57,580 bases of DNA, filler included, from Jimgerdemannia flammicorona (GCA_003990765.1; 3 parts of 3 records of this genome joined end to end with filler, not necessarily neighbours in it); one strand, 5' to 3'; counted from the whole stretch's first letter, positions 13,322-27,069 are shown. Notes: generated by a model not told the origin, from the sequence alone. Made by a program: numbers and translations.

Positions 13322-15351
13322 ATGATAACCAATGAGTATTCTGAGATGTATACTGAGCAGGATGGCCCTGATACATTTGACTGGCAGTATGTGGAGAGGG
13401 GCCCTGGCTTGGGGGGAAGTATGAGAGGCCTGCTGGTAGGAGGACATGATAGGGGAGGGGGCAGTGCTGGAGGACAGAGGACAGAGAGGGCAAGCTTTGT
13501 GGATAAGGTGAAGGGGGGTCAGCAGGGAGCTGGGCTGGAGGGCTGGCTAAGAAGGGGCAAGGAGACAGTGAAGACTGCAGAACAGCAGCCTCAAGGGGGA
13601 GTCTCTCTGGGGGGCCAAAGTAGTGGGGCTAGTAATGTAGGGGCTGAGGGGGTGACTGCTGATGGGAGTGTGATAGGTGATCAGGAAAAAAATCTAGATG
13701 GAACTGCTGATGATGGACCAAGCAGTGGGAAAGACACAAGGCCTAGTGATCTGGCTGATGGTATAATGGGACTGGTGGTAGCACTATTACTCAAGAAGTT
13801 GATCTTAGAGTTCGCAGTCACCTTGTACTTCCAGAGCTTAGCAGTGATGGCAAAAATAGTCCTGGGACTGATTGCAAAGCAGGTGGGAGGTGTGGTATCT
13901 GTTAAATTCCTGAAGAGTCTGGAAGGGGTGGAGGTGGGCTTTGAGGAGGCAAAGCCACTAGAGGAGGCACTGAAGATAGGGTTGATGGTTGGAGAGATGT
14001 GTGTCCCAATGGCACACTACTTGAGATGGGACCCCAGAGTGGTGCAGCTCCTGGTGAAGGGCATGCCTACAGTGACCACTGGGGAGATAAGGAGGAGAGT
14101 TGAGGAGGTCATGGTAGAGTACAGAGAGGTGGTCAATATAGGGTTTAGGGTCTGAGAAGAGATCTCCTTCTGGATAAGGAATGTTGATGTATGGATTTGA
14201 CTGGCAGAGAGAGAGGCTACTAGAAAGGTATATGATTGGCCTTTAGTGATGATGTGGGGAGCCTTTGTGTGCAAGGTAATGAGAGTAAAAGGAAGTGAGG
14301 AGGAGGAAGAGGACTTGCTGAAAGCACTGGAGGAGCTGAGTGGTGCAGTAGAGTAGAGGGCAAAGGCTTGAAAAGTATATGAAGAGTTGATGCACTTGGA
14401 GATTGTTGATGAGAGGCAAGTTCATGTTGACAAGAGACTGTGGGAGAGGTCCCAAGGTCGCAAGAGGCAGAGGGAGTTACTGGTGAGTCTGGAGAAGAAG
14501 ACAATGAAGATGATGATGGCAGCTGGTGGTATTGAGGATACTGGAGGAGCTATGGTGAGTACTTGGGCTGGCAGACAAGAGGAGATTGGGAAGGTGGATC
14601 TGGAGGAGGCCAGGAAGATGCTGAGCGAGAATCCATATGAGAATGGTACATTCAAAGTCTGGGAGCAGTCTCCTACTCCTACTCCTCTTATAAGGTGAGG
14701 ACCAGCTGTGAGAGGTCAAGCAGTGGAGGATGTGCCCATGTGTGGAGCCCAGCAGGTGTACTTTGGGGTCCCTGAGGTAGCTAAAGGAGGACAAGTGGTG
14801 GCAGTTGGCAAGGAGGAACTGGTGAATGTCCCAGAGGAGAGATGGAATGAGGCTGCAAGTGTGGGGGAAGATATCTCAATACTGAGTAGAGGACAGCCTG
14901 TAACTCCTGGGGGGAAGAAGGTGGGGAATCTTCTGTAGATGTACTGAATGATGAATAATCTTGTGGCTGAGGAGCTGGGAGAAGTGGACCTGAAAGTGAT
15001 GAGTGATGAGTATTGGGCAGAGATCTTATATAGCAATAGAGTGGTGGAGGTATTAAAGGCAGAGATACTTGCAGTTTTTCTGAGGAGGAAGAGTATGAGG
15101 TAGATAGGGAGAGAGAGGCTGCATTGGCAGTTGTTGCTGGAGAGCAGGCCACCTACTTTTGGAAAAAGAGTCATAGTTTGCAGCTCTGGTAGAAGGCCTG
15201 CTTGGAGTATCATGAGGAATTTAAAGAAAAGGAGGATGGGGAAATGGCTGCACTACTGGATGGATTGGAGGCTAAAAGGACTGAAGAGGAGGAGGTATCT
15301 GCTGAATACAAACTAGACTTGGCACAGGAAGTGATAGGCATGGAGCAGTAG
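13322..15351 (+). pseudogene. LINE copy 2 ORF1
   Basis: 277-aa open fragment 13322-14155 with RRM-like KGMP..EYREVVNIGFRV, continuing through stops to MEQ*. Confidence 0.85.
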
Positions 15352-15382
15352 AGGAGGCTCTTTTATTTTCACAATATTCCCT

Positions 15383-18300
15383 ATGAACAGTACAACCAAC
15401 ATTTTCTCTCTAAATGTGAATGGGTTATGGGGTCCTTTTCAGCATTAGAACATTTTTGCTTGGTTGAAGAGATTGGAGGCTGATCTCTTTATTTTGCAGG
15501 ATGTCAGGTGTGAGGATGATTTGGATAGACTGGAATGGATGAAGGAATGGGGAGGTGAGGCTGTATGGAAAGGCAATGTGGGGATTCTAGTTCAGAGAGG
15601 TAGAGGGGAGATATGAGAGGTGGGGAGCTGGGGTGATAGACTGGTCTGGAGAGAGTGGATTTGAGCAGGTTGAGAGCCAGTTATAGTGAGATCTAGCTAC
15701 TATCCTGCTGTTGGGGGGAGCAAGTGGACTGGGTGAAGGGTCTCTCTAAGAGAGTGGGGTACTTACAGAGGCTGAAGTAGATATACTTGGTGGGGACTTC
15801 AATATGGTCTGGGATGTATTGGTAGATAGAACTGATAGAGGGTGGGGGGCTGAGGGAAGGAGTGGAGGTCTGGAGACATGAGAGAAAATAGAGAGACTGA
15901 GTGTGCTAGTGGATGCTGACAGGAGATTTTGGGGTAATAGGAGAGTATATACACACTGGGCCAGGGGATTGGGGACAAGGATCAATTGGGTTTTGATGAC
16001 AGATTGCTGGAGCTTAGATGTTTGGAAATCATTGGAGGTTGAATGGTGTCTATAGTCTGATCATTGGGGGCTGTTGGGACAGGGACATTTTGGGGGGAGT
16101 AGAGATGGGCCTGGACATTGGTGCCTCAATTCCTCTTTATTGGATAATAAGGAGTTGTGGGACAAGTGGGCTATGGACATTCAGCAGAAGGTGGAGGGCT
16201 GGGTACAGGAGATTGCCCCAGTGGGTGTCCAGTGGAAGAGGCTGAAGGATGCTGCTAGGGTCTACTGGAGAGAGGCTAGCAAGATGGCTGATAGACAGAG
16301 GAGGAGAAGAGTAGGGTGGACTTCTGCTAGACTGGCTTGGCTTCTGGAAGATTGGGCTAGTCTGTTGGCCCTAGAGGGAGGGGAGGACTGGAGATTGCTA
16401 CAGGTACAGAAGGAGGTGGTAGAGTTGCAATTGGTGGTGAGGGAGAAGGAGGAGGTAAGAGTGCAGAGTTTGGCAGCATGGCTGTATTGGCAGGGACTAG
16501 AGGAAGGAGAGAGGCCCTCTAAGTTTCTCATGAGAGCTCTTTGGGTGAAAAGAGTCAAGCAGTGGTGAGAGGGGGTATTGGATACAAATGGTCATCTGTT
16601 GTATGGCATATAAGATATTCTCAGATTATTAAAGAAGAGGTGGAGTGATCTGTAGAGTGAGGAGGAGGGGGGGGTGGATGATGCTGCCATTGACCATGCT
16701 TTAGAGGATTGGCACCCACCACCAGTGGAAGGGCTGAGCAGTCTGATGTTACTAGTATGAGAGAAGAAGATTCACCAGGTTCTTGCCACAACTATACTAG
16801 GCATAGTACTAGGGGAGGATGATCTGTCTTGGGACTTTTGGAAGAAGATGGTAGGAATTCCTGGTGTAATGGGAGAGCTGATGGCTATGTATAACTTGAC
16901 ACTACAGTCAGGTCATTGGGTAGGTGAGTAGGATCTGGGGCTGGTGGTACTGCTCTATAAGAATAAAGGCAGGAGAGAGGACTAGAGGAACTGGAGACTG
17001 ATTATGCTGCTAGATATAGATAGAAAGTTAGTTACTAAGTTGGTAGTGGCTAGGTTGCAGAAAGTGGCCCAGCAGGTCTTAGGGGAGAAGCAGCAGGGCT
17101 TTGTAGGAGGCTGGCTCATTAGGGATAGTATAGCTTGGATACATAGCATTATTGAAGGGGCATGAGCCTGTAGATTGGATAGGTGCCTGGTTTTTCTGGA
17201 TCAAGAGAAGACATATGACCATGTTTGGCAGATCTGAATGGCAAAGGTTCTGGATAGGATTGGTGTACCTCAGCAATTCAGAGTGGTGATAATCAGTCTA
17301 CTGGAAGGGAGTAGAGCTGTACTTATATATAATGGGCACTGAGGGGAGGCCTTCTCTCTGGATAGGGGGGTTCTCCAAGGGGACTCTTTGTTACCTATTC
17401 TGTATGCACTCTCATTGGAGCCACTGATGGATAGAATTTGGCAGAAGATAGTAGGGCTCTCAGTATTAGGCATAGATTGGAAGGTTGGAGCCTTTGCAGA
17501 TAATATAGTAGTTGGTCTGGGATTGATCGCAGATGTTGAAAAACTCAAGGTGACAGTAGAGTAGTATGAGGTGCATTCTGGAACTAAGCTCAATTAGTAC
17601 AAGTGTGAGACAATGGTGTTAGGTAATAGTCTGGTAGAGGAGGATGTCATTGGAACAATTGTCTCAGCTGGAGAGATAGTGTGATATCTAGATATCTATC
17701 TCTTAGTGTATGGGTCAGTCTTACTGAGAGCTTGGTGAGAGCAGTGAGTTGAGATCTAGGGGGAGGTCCTGCAGAGTTGGGGGGGCTACCATATGTCTCT
17801 AGCAGGGCAGGTTGCTATCTTAAATGTATACTGGCTACCAAAGCTGTAGTACTTGGCCTATCATCTGGACTTCTTGGCCTAAGTGGTGAAGAGATTGTTG
17901 AAACTGACCAAGGGGTGGATCTGGGCTGAGAGGAGGAGTCAGATTAGCTGGGAAATCTTATCTTTGCCAGTTATTAGAGGAGGTCTTGGGCTGGTTGACT
18001 TACCAAGGAGGCTGCATTGCCTGCAAGCATGGTGGCTGAAGAGAGTAGTGGAGTTGAGAGAAGGTAGTTGGGTTCCTCTGATAGAGAGGGTCTGAGAGAT
18101 GAGGTCTATGCCAAGAGGCTCTACAGGTGATCTGCTGTCCTTAGTTGGACTTCAGAACAATGGTCACATGTGATATAAGGGCTTCTGGTGAGGGGTTGTG
18201 GATGGAGTACATTGTATTGGAATCCACTAGCAGAGAGATGAAGGAGAGCTGCCTTGGGGCCCCACAATGTGAAGATGGGATCATGTTCTGGTGGGGGGCA

Positions 18301-19060
18301 TCTCATTACTTGACTTTGATATTAGTGATAGAGTTGAGTGTCAGGGGAGATTAGGACAGGATTTGTGGTAGGTAGCAGCAGACAGATATTGGAGAGGAGT
18401 GGGACTAGAATGGAGTCTAGACCTGGTGTACTGAGGTCAGGCAGTAGTTGCCACCAAAGTACTGGGTGGTCTGGTAGCATATGCTGAGGAGAAATGTTAT
18501 ACTCAACTTTCACTCAGGCCATCTGGTTGAGGGGGGAAGTTTTGACTGTGAGGAGTACTATAATGTAGGACAGGAAGGGGGTTTTGTACAGATACCAGAA
18601 CATTGGTTAGGAGAGTGTGAGGTGCTGGGTAACTTCTGGTTGGCAGTTGGGCATCAATTGGGTATAGTACATAGGAGAGATGGTATGAGAGGCCAATGGG
18701 AGGATTTGCAGAATAGATTGATAGGAGGGGTTGAGAAGGAGTAGCTCACCCTAGGTTGGGTTATGGCTGTATGGGTGGGGTTTGTGGGTTACTAGTTGTT
18801 TGTTTTCAAGGATGGAAGGAGTCTAGGACTAAGAGCATAGTTGCTGAGATAGAAAGGATTGATGGAGGACATTCTGATGGGCTGGTGGCTTGGTTGGGGA
18901 CTGCAGGGAGGTTGGCAGTATAGTTTGGTAAAGAAAATATGTGGGCAGAGTGGAGAGAGAGTTGGGGTAGTAGGGGATAGAGTGTCTTTCAAGTATGCTA
19001 GGTTAGATGGAGGGACCCCCCTAGGGGGATTGGGTAGTGGGAGGGGATACTGTAACTATA
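15383..19060 (+). pseudogene. LINE copy 2 ORF2 (EN-RT)
   Basis: MNSTTNIFSLNVNGL, GGDFN, QGDSL/AFADN and C-terminal DCEE..EHWLGEC. Confidence 0.9.
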
Positions 19061-19130
19061 TCTATAGTCTGGTAATTGGTAATAAATTGGAAGTCCAAGT
19101 GATTATAAAAAAAAAAAAAAAAAAAAAAAA

Positions 19131-19230
19131 NNNNNNNNNNNNNNNNNNNNNNNNNNNNNNNNNNNNNNNNNNNNTTAATTAATTAANNNNNNNNNNNNNN
19201 NNNNNNNNNNNNNNNNNNNNNNNNNNNNNN
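19131..19230. other. Artificial assembly spacer (44 N + TTAATTAATTAA + 44 N)
   Basis: Exactly 100 nt, identical to 38358-38457; the 12-mer places stop codons in all six frames. Confidence 0.97.
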
Positions 19231-20247
19231 TTTTTTTATAGTCACTTAGACTTTGCCATTTATTACCAGTCTATTAATAAGGTTACAGTATCACCTTCTA
19301 CTACCCAATTCCCATAGGGGAGCCTCTCCTTATATTATTACAAATAAAGACTACCTTCTCACCCACTACTCCAACCCTCTCCCCATTCTGCCCACAGACT
19401 TTCTCCACTAAGCAATACCTCTAACTACTCTACAACCTCCAACCAAGCCACTAGCCTATCAAAGTGTCTTCCATAAGCTATTGCTATCATAACAGCCAGA
19501 CCCCCAAGCCCAGTCTCCACCCATCCTCAAAAACAAATAACCAGTAACTGGCCAGCCCTATCTAAATTACCAAAACCTAACCTAAGGTCAGCCACTCCTT
19601 CTCCACCCCCCCCACCAGTCTATCCCTTAAATTCTCTCACTGATTCTGTGCACCATCTCTCCTACACACTACCCCCAAATAATCCCCAACAGCTTGTAAG
19701 TATCTTACACTCTCCTAGCCAATATTCAGGTATCTGCACATATCCCCCTTCCTGCTCTACATTGTAGTACTCCTCACAGTCAAAGCAATTCTCCTCAATA
19801 AGGTGACCTGAGCAGAGATTGAGTATTATATTTCTCCTCAGTATGTGCTACCAGACCCAGTGGCATCCACTTTCTCACCTTAGTACTCTAGGCCCAAACT
19901 CTATATCAGTTCCACTCCTCTCCAATATCCACCAACTGCTATCTGCTAGACTACAGATCCTAGTCTGGTCCCCTTTGGCATTCTATCTCATCACTAATAT
20001 TGAACTTAATTAAGAGAATGTCTCCCAGTAATACTTGGTTCCATCTCCACATTACCAGGTTCTAAGCCACCTCTCCTTCATTTCTCTGCCAACAAATTCC
20101 TATATGGTGCACCCCCTCTACTACTTCCCACCAGAAGCCTTTATATCTCAATTATCCAGTATTCCAAAGCCCAACCAAGGATAGTAGATCTCCTGTTGAG
20201 CCTCTTGGTGAGGATCTCATCTCTCAGACCTTCTGCAATAGGGGGAC

Positions 20248-20651
20248 TGTAATAGTTCTAGTTTCTAAATAAGGAAGCAACTAGTTCTGGTAGTTCTAAG
20301 TAGCTCAAAGAGATACTAAGGATTCAAGTGTTCTCTAAGGATTTCTGAGAGAAAATATTCTGAGACTTTATTCATGAGAACAAAGGGGATATTTATACAA
20401 GATCTAAAAGAAGGATCTGGAAGGATCTGAGAAATCAAAGGAAAATGCCAAGAGGAAAGTTCTCAGCAAAGATGACAAATGATGATAAATAAAGTTCTAC
20501 AAGTTTCCAGAATATTCTGTGACTAGCTAAATAAGTACTAGTTAATACTCGGTACCAAGAAGGGGATTTCTAAGTATACAGAAAGTGCTGGAAAGTTATA
20601 GAATATTTAAGAAAGACAGAGAAAAGAAATAAACTATGCTAAAGTGTTATA
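20248..20651 (-). repeat. 3' LTR of element C
   Basis: TGTAATA...TGTTATA termini; about 95% identical to 33288-33691; minus-strand TATAAATA (20390-20397) and AATAAA (20367-20372). Confidence 0.96.
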
Positions 20652-20664
20652 TCTCTCCCTCCTT
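20652..20664 (-). promoter_or_regulatory. Polypurine tract of element C
   Basis: AAGGAGGGAGAGA on the minus strand, abutting the 3' LTR. Confidence 0.85.
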
Positions 20665-21032
20665 AAGAATCAATGTCCTCATTGAATTCTCAAAGTTACA
20701 CATAACAAACAGTAAGACTAAAAGAAACTTCAAATTAAATATATTGACTCATTGATAAGGATTGGCCATCCTTGTATAAGGCGAGGGCCAAAGTATCATC
20801 TTAATCAGATGAGAACTAGTTCAAACCTCATTGGTTGCAGGATTTATAGGGGTTTCCTATATCTCTTGTTTCTGATACTGTATCTCTTAGAGAGGCCCAA
20901 TGCATAATGTGCCTGATCAGTACAGTAGATTATCTACTATCCAAGGAGAGAACCTCATGGATAGTCAATGAGTTCCTTTTTGCTCGAACTCTTAGATGAG
21001 GTCTTGGGAGTTCTTGAGATTAGTGGCAGGTT

Positions 21033-21295
21033 AAGGTGGGAGGAGCTGTTGGGGGATCTGTTAACTGGATGGTAGATAGGCTGGGGTCTTTCAGGGGGGT
21101 GGCAGTATGGTTTGGTGGCAAGGATATGCAAACAGAGTGGTGGGAGGGTGGAAATTGTATTCAATAGAGTAGTGTTTCATCAAGAAGGAGTAGGGGGGAG
21201 GGGCCCCTCTAGGGAGATTGGATAGGGGGTGAGTTTATTGTATTTATATAGGATAGATGGATATAATAAAGGACGAGTTCAAGTGCAATCCACAG
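21033..21295 (+). mobile_element. 3'-terminal fragment of a related LINE subfamily, lacking poly(A)
   Basis: Homologous to the ORF2 end/3' UTR of the LINE family (WEELLGDLLTGW*IGWGLSGGWQYGLVARICKQSGGRV; AATAAA); closer to 38458-38545 than to copy 3's own tail. Confidence 0.85.
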
Positions 21296-21377
21296 ACTCC
21301 TTTCTCCAGTAATATTCAGGTTACACAATCTTTGGCAATACTTTCAACACAGTTTCTGAAGAAAAGCTACTAGTATT

Positions 21378-23407
21378 ATGGTGACCAACGAGCATCTGGA
21401 GGTGCGTACTGGGCAGGGTGGCCCTAGAGCATTTGAATGACAGCAAGTGGAAAGAGGCCCTGGCTTGGGGGGAAGTATGAGGGGCCTGCTGGTGGGAGGC
21501 CATGGTGGAGGAGGGGGCAGAGCTGGAGGGCAAGGGGCTAGCAGGGTGAGCTTTGCGGAGAAGGTGAAGGAGGGTCAGCAAGGGGCTGGACTGGAGAGCT
21601 GGCTGCAAGGGGGGAAGGTACTGGTGAAGGCTGCCAGGTAGCAACCTCTTGGGGGTACCTCTCTGGAGGGCTATAGGGGTGGAGCTGGGGGGGTAGCGGC
21701 TGGGGCAGGGACTGCTGATGGGGGTGTAATGGGTGATCTGGAAAAAATCTAGATGGGACTGCTGATAGTGAGCCGAATGGTGGGAAGGACACGAGGCCTG
21801 GGGACCTGGCAGATGGTATAACAGGACTAGCAGTGGCTCTGTTACTCAAGAAGTTGATCTTGGCATTCGCAGTTACACTGTATTTCCAGGGTTTAGCAGT
21901 GACAGCGAAAATGGTATTGGGGCTTATCGCTAAGCAGGTGGCTGGAGTGGCTTTGATGAAGTTCCTGAAGAGACTGGAGGGGGTGGAGGTGGGTTTTGAG
22001 GAGGTCGAACTACTAGAGGAGGCACTGAGGGTTGGGCTGGTGGTTGGAGAGGTGTGTGTTCTGATGGCGAGGTGTTTGAAATGAGATCCGAGGGTGGTCC
22101 AACTGCTGGTGAAAGGAGTCCCCATGGTGATGGTGATGGAGACAAGGAAGAGGGTAGAGGATGTCATGGCGGAGTATGGTGAGGTAGTGGATATCGGATT
22201 CAGGGTCTGGGAAGGGACTACACTCAGGACTGGGAACATGGATGTGAAGATTCAGCTGGCTGGAAAAGAGGCTACTGGGAAGACAAGGGACTGGCCTTCG
22301 GCGATGGTTTGGGGTGCATTCCTGTGCAAGGTGATGTGGGTGAAAGAAAGTGAAGAAGAGGAGGAGGATTTATTGAAAGTGCTGGAGGAGCTGAATGGGA
22401 CTGTGGAATGGCGGGCCAAGGCCTGGAAGACTTTCGAGGAGTCGATATGCCTGGAGATAGTGGATGGGAAGAGAATTCGAGTAGACAAGGTACAGTGAAA
22501 AAGGGCTCAGGGGCAGAAGAGGCAGAAGGATCTGCTGGCTAAACTGGGGGGTGGACCGCAGAAGGATATGAGCATGAAGACAGGTGCAGAAGGGGCCAGA
22601 GTGAGTGTCTGGGCTGGTGAGAGGAGTGGGAATGATGGGGCAATGACAGGGAAGGCAAAGGAGGTGACGATTAGCAACCCATATGCAGATGGCACCTTGG
22701 AGGTTTGGGAGGAAGTCTGGGAGAACTCCCCCACCCCTTCCCCTCTTATCAGGCATGGCCCGGCTTCCAGGAACAAATCTGGGGAGGACGTGATAATGCT
22801 AGGGACCCAGCAGGTGAAATTCAGCATCCCGGAGGTGATGGATGGGGACTAGGTAGTGGCAGCTGGGGAGGAGGAACTGGTGGATGTCCCGGAGGTATGG
22901 GATGAGGATGCGAGTGCTGGAGCTGACACCACGATGCTGGATGGAGGGAGGCTGGTGACCCCTGGTGGGAAGGAGGTGGGGAACCTACTTTGGATGTACC
23001 AGATGATGAACAACCTGATGGCAGAAGAGCTGGGGGAGGTGGACTTGCATGGGATGGGTGATGAGCACTGGGCGAGAATTTTGCAGTAGGAAGGAGTGGC
23101 GATGGCACTGAAGATAGAAATTCTCACAGTGTATCTGGAGGAGGAAGGGTATGAGGTAGACAAGGAGAGGGAGGCAGAGTTGGCAGTTATCACTGGGGAG
23201 AAGGCTGAGTACTGTTGGAACAGGTGTCATGGGTTGCAACTTTGGCAGGAGGCTTGCATCGAGTACAGAGAGGAGTTTGAGAAGAAGGCTAATGAGGAGA
23301 TAAATGAGCTGTTGGATGGACTGGAGGCTCAGAGGGCTGAAGAGGAGGAGGTGATAGCTGAACACAATCTGGACACGGCACAGGAGGAGATGGGCATGGA
23401 GCAGTAG
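21378..23407 (+). pseudogene. LINE copy 3 ORF1 (~670 codons)
   Basis: ATG at 21378; RRM-like KGVP...AEYGEVVDIGFRVW; acidic helical C-terminus ending MEQ*. Confidence 0.88.
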
Positions 23408-23437
23408 GAATTGATTGCAAATAAACCGTATTTCATT

Positions 23438-26400
23438 ATGAACAGTACAACCAACATTTTTTCTTTGAATGTGAATGGGCTAAGGGGTGCATTTAGATGC
23501 AGGAACATTTTTATTTGGTTGAAGGGATTGGAGGCCAATCTTTTCCTCTTACAGGATGTCAGGTGCGAGGATGATTCTGATAGGATGGAATGGACTAGGG
23601 AATGGGGTGGCATGGCGATTTGGAACAGCAAGGTCGGGATTCTGGTTCGGAAAGGCAGAGGGGTGATACAGAATGTGAGGAGCTGGGGGGAGAGACTGGT
23701 TTGGGGTGAGTGGATTCATGCAGGTTGGGAGCCAGTTATGGTTGGCTCCTGTTACTGCCCTGCTGTGCGGAGGGAGCATGTGGATTGGGTGAAAGGGCTC
23801 TTGGAGAGTGGGATCTTTGCTGAAGCTGGGTTGGATATACTTGGAGGTGATTTCAATATGGTTCGGGATGTACAGCTAGATAGAACTGATGGAGGATGGA
23901 GTGCTGAGAGCAGGAGTGGGGGGCTGGCAATGTGAGAGGAGGTCGAAAGGCTAGGAGCACTGGTGGATGCTGGTAGGGAATACTGGGGGGACAGGAGGGT
24001 ATGTATATACGCATTGGGCTGGAGGCCTGGGGACAAGAATTGACTGGATTCTGATGGCTGACTGTTGGGGCCACGATATTTGGAAGGTGCTAGAGGCAGA
24101 ATGGTATCCATGGTCAGACCACTGGGGCTTTTTGGGACAGGGGTGTTTTGGGGGAAGTGGTGATGGGCCTGGACATTGGTGCCTGAATTCCTCCTTGTTG
24201 GATGACGAGTCCCAGTGGGAGGAGTGGGCAAATGACATTCAGATGAAGGTGGTGAATTGGTGGCAAGAAGGGGCCACAATTGGGGTTTGGTGGAGGAGGA
24301 TGAAAGAGATGGCCAGGATGTACTGGAGCGAGGCTGGCAGAGTGGCTGGGAGGCAGCAAAGGCAGAGAGTGCATTGGGCTTCTGCTAGATTGGCTAGGCT
24401 TCTGGAGAAGTGGGTGAGTCTGGCAGTAGTGGAGGGAGAAGAGGATTGGAGAATAATGAGAGTGAAGATGGAGGTTGGGGAACTACAACAGGTGCTGTGG
24501 GTAGAGGAAGAGCTAAGGGTGCAAGGCCTGGTGGCGTGGCTTTGTTGGCAGGGGCTGGAGGAAGGGGAGAGGCCTTCCAAGTTTCTTACGAGGACACTTC
24601 GAGCGAGAAGGGTACAGCAGCAGTGGGAAGGGGTACTTGACTCAGATGGTAGACTATTGCATGGTGTACAGGATATCCTTGGAATGCTGAAGGCGCGATA
24701 GAGTGGATTGTGGAGTGAGGAGGAGGGTGGGGCAGATGCTACAGCCATTGAACAAACATTAGAAGATTGGCACCCTCTACAAGCTGAGGGATTAGGCGAT
24801 CTGGTGATGCCTGTAAAGGAGGATGAGATCTACCAGGTTCTTGCTGCAACAGCCTCAGGTATGGCACCTGGGAAGGATGGCCTCCCCTGGGACATCTGGA
24901 AGCGAATGGTTGGAGTCCCAGGTATATTGGGAGAGTTGACGGCACTGTGTGACTCCATATTGCAGTCAGGGAGATGGGTGGGGGAGCAGGATCTTGGGCT
25001 GGTGATGCTGCTTTATAAGAACAAGGGAAGGCATGAGGATTGGAAGAACTGGCGGCCGATAATGTTGCTAGATATGGACAGAAAGTTGGTGACTAAGGTA
25101 GTGGTCGCGAGGCTGCAGAAGGTGGCCCAACAAATTGTAGGTATTGAGCAGAGGGGCTTCATAGGGAGTCGGCTTATTCGAGATGGCATGGCCTGGGTAC
25201 ATGGAGTTATTGAGGGTGCTCGAGCCTGTGGCCTGGATGGGCATCTTGTCTTCTTGGACCAGGAGAAGGCATATGACCGAGTGCAGTGAGTATGGCTGGC
25301 GAAAGTGTTGGATAGGATTGGGGTTCCAGTCCCTTTTCGGGCAGCAATGGTCAGCCTACTGGAAAGGAGTAGGGCTGCACTTGTGTGTAATGGGCATAGA
25401 GGGGTAGTATTCCCTCTGGGTAGGGGAGTGCTCCAGGGGGACCCACTGTCCCCCATTTTGTATGCACTTTCCTTGGAGCCTCTAATGGACCAAATTCAGC
25501 GGAGGATTGTGGGGCTTTCTATCTATGGAATTGGCTGGAAAGTTGGAGCCTTTGTGGATGACATGGTGGTTGGTTTGAGAGTAACTGTGGATGTTGAGGA
25601 GCTCAAGAAGACAGTGGAGTGGTATGAGGAGTACTCTGGGGCGAAGCTGAATTGGCACAAGTGTGAAATGATGGTGCTAGGTAATGGACTGGTAGGTGGA
25701 GAGGTTATTGGAACAATTGTCCCCATCAGAGAGGCAGTGCAGTACTTGGGTATATATTTGTCAGTCTATGGGTCTGTTCTGTCCAGGCTGTGGTGGGAGC
25801 AGAGAATTGGAATTTGGGAGGAGAACCTGCAGGGTTGGGGGGGAAGACACTTCTCTCTGGCAGGAAGGATCTTGATTTTGAATATATACTGGCTGCTGAA
25901 ACTGTGGTATTTGACTTATCATCTGGACTTCCCAGCCTGAGTGGTGAAGCAATTGGTGAAGGTGACCAAGGGATGGATTTGGGCTGGCAGACAGAGTCAG
26001 ATTGGTTGGGAGATACTGTCCCTACTGGTGGCGAGAGATGGTCTTAGGTTGGTGGACTTCCTCAAAAGACTTCACTGCTTGAGGGCATGCTGGCTTAGGA
26101 GGGTGGTAGAGTTGCATGGAGGGAGCTGGGTTCCCCTGCTACAGAAGGTATGGGAGAGGCGGACATCACCAAGAGGCTTAACTGGTGATCTTCTTTCATT
26201 AGTTGGGCTTCAGAACACTGGGTAACTGCGATATAAAGGCTTCTGGTGGGGGATAGCCAAGGGGGCACACCACATTGGTATTCACTGGCAAGGGGCTGAG
26301 GGGGAGAGGGCTTGGGGTCCAGTGATGTGGAGATGGGATGGCATTCTTCTGGGAGGCATGCCTTTACTGGAGTTTGACATTAGTGATGGAATCAAATGCC

Positions 26401-27069
26401 AAAGGGGACCAGGCCAGGATCTGTGGCCTAGTGGTTGGCAAGGAGTCGAAATTGGTGAGGAGTGGGACTGGCAGGGGGTTTGGACCTGGAGTGCCATGGT
26501 GAAAAATTGGATGCCGCCGAAGTACTGGGTGGTCTGGTGGCGGGTGCTGAGGAGGAATGTGATGCTTATCTTCCACTCAGGACACCTTGTGGTAGGGGGC
26601 TGCTTTGACTGTGAGGAGTGCCATAATGTAGGGCAAGAAGGGGGATTTGTACAGATGCCAGAACATTGGCTTGGGGAGTGTAAGGTGTTGGGTGACTTTT
26701 GGCAGACTATTGGGGACCGCTTGGGGGTAAGGCATAGGGGTGATGATGTATGGGGGAGGTGGGAGGATCTGAGAAATCAATTGATAGGAGGGGTAGGGGA
26801 AGAGTGGATTACTCTAGGCTAGGTGTTGGCTATTTGTATTTAAAGAAGGGAGGTGACAGAGCTTGGGGAGCTGGTTATCACGGTGGCAGTACCTTATGGA
26901 GGATACCTTGACAGGCTGGTGGCTTGGTTGGGGGCTGCAGGGGAGTCAGAGGCACTGCTTGGTGGTGAAAATCTGTGGTCAGAGTGGTGGGAGAGTTGGA
27001 GTTGTTGGTGAGAGGGTGGTCTTTACACATGAAGAGGTGGGGAAGGGTCCCCCAATGGGGATAGGGTAG
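23438..27069 (+). pseudogene. LINE copy 3 ORF2: AP endonuclease, RT, C-terminal Cys/His finger
   Basis: SLNVNGL, LQD, GGDFN, RIDWI and WSDH (endonuclease); PGKDG, WRPI, LDQEKAYD, QGDPLSP and AFVDD (RT); CFDCEEC..EHWLGEC. Confidence 0.95.

Larger units (their letters stand above)
13241..19130 (+). mobile_element. LINE copy 2, full length, degenerate
   Basis: Conserved family 5' end, ORF1 from 13322, ORF2 from 15383, AATAAA and poly(A) running into the gap. Confidence 0.93.

Noticed and set aside
19175..19186. TTAATTAATTAA palindrome within N runs (also 38402-38413)
   Set aside because: Artificial all-frame stop linker, identical at both gaps
19081..19300. Tail-to-tail inverted LINE pair
   Set aside because: The two tails are on different contigs joined by a spacer
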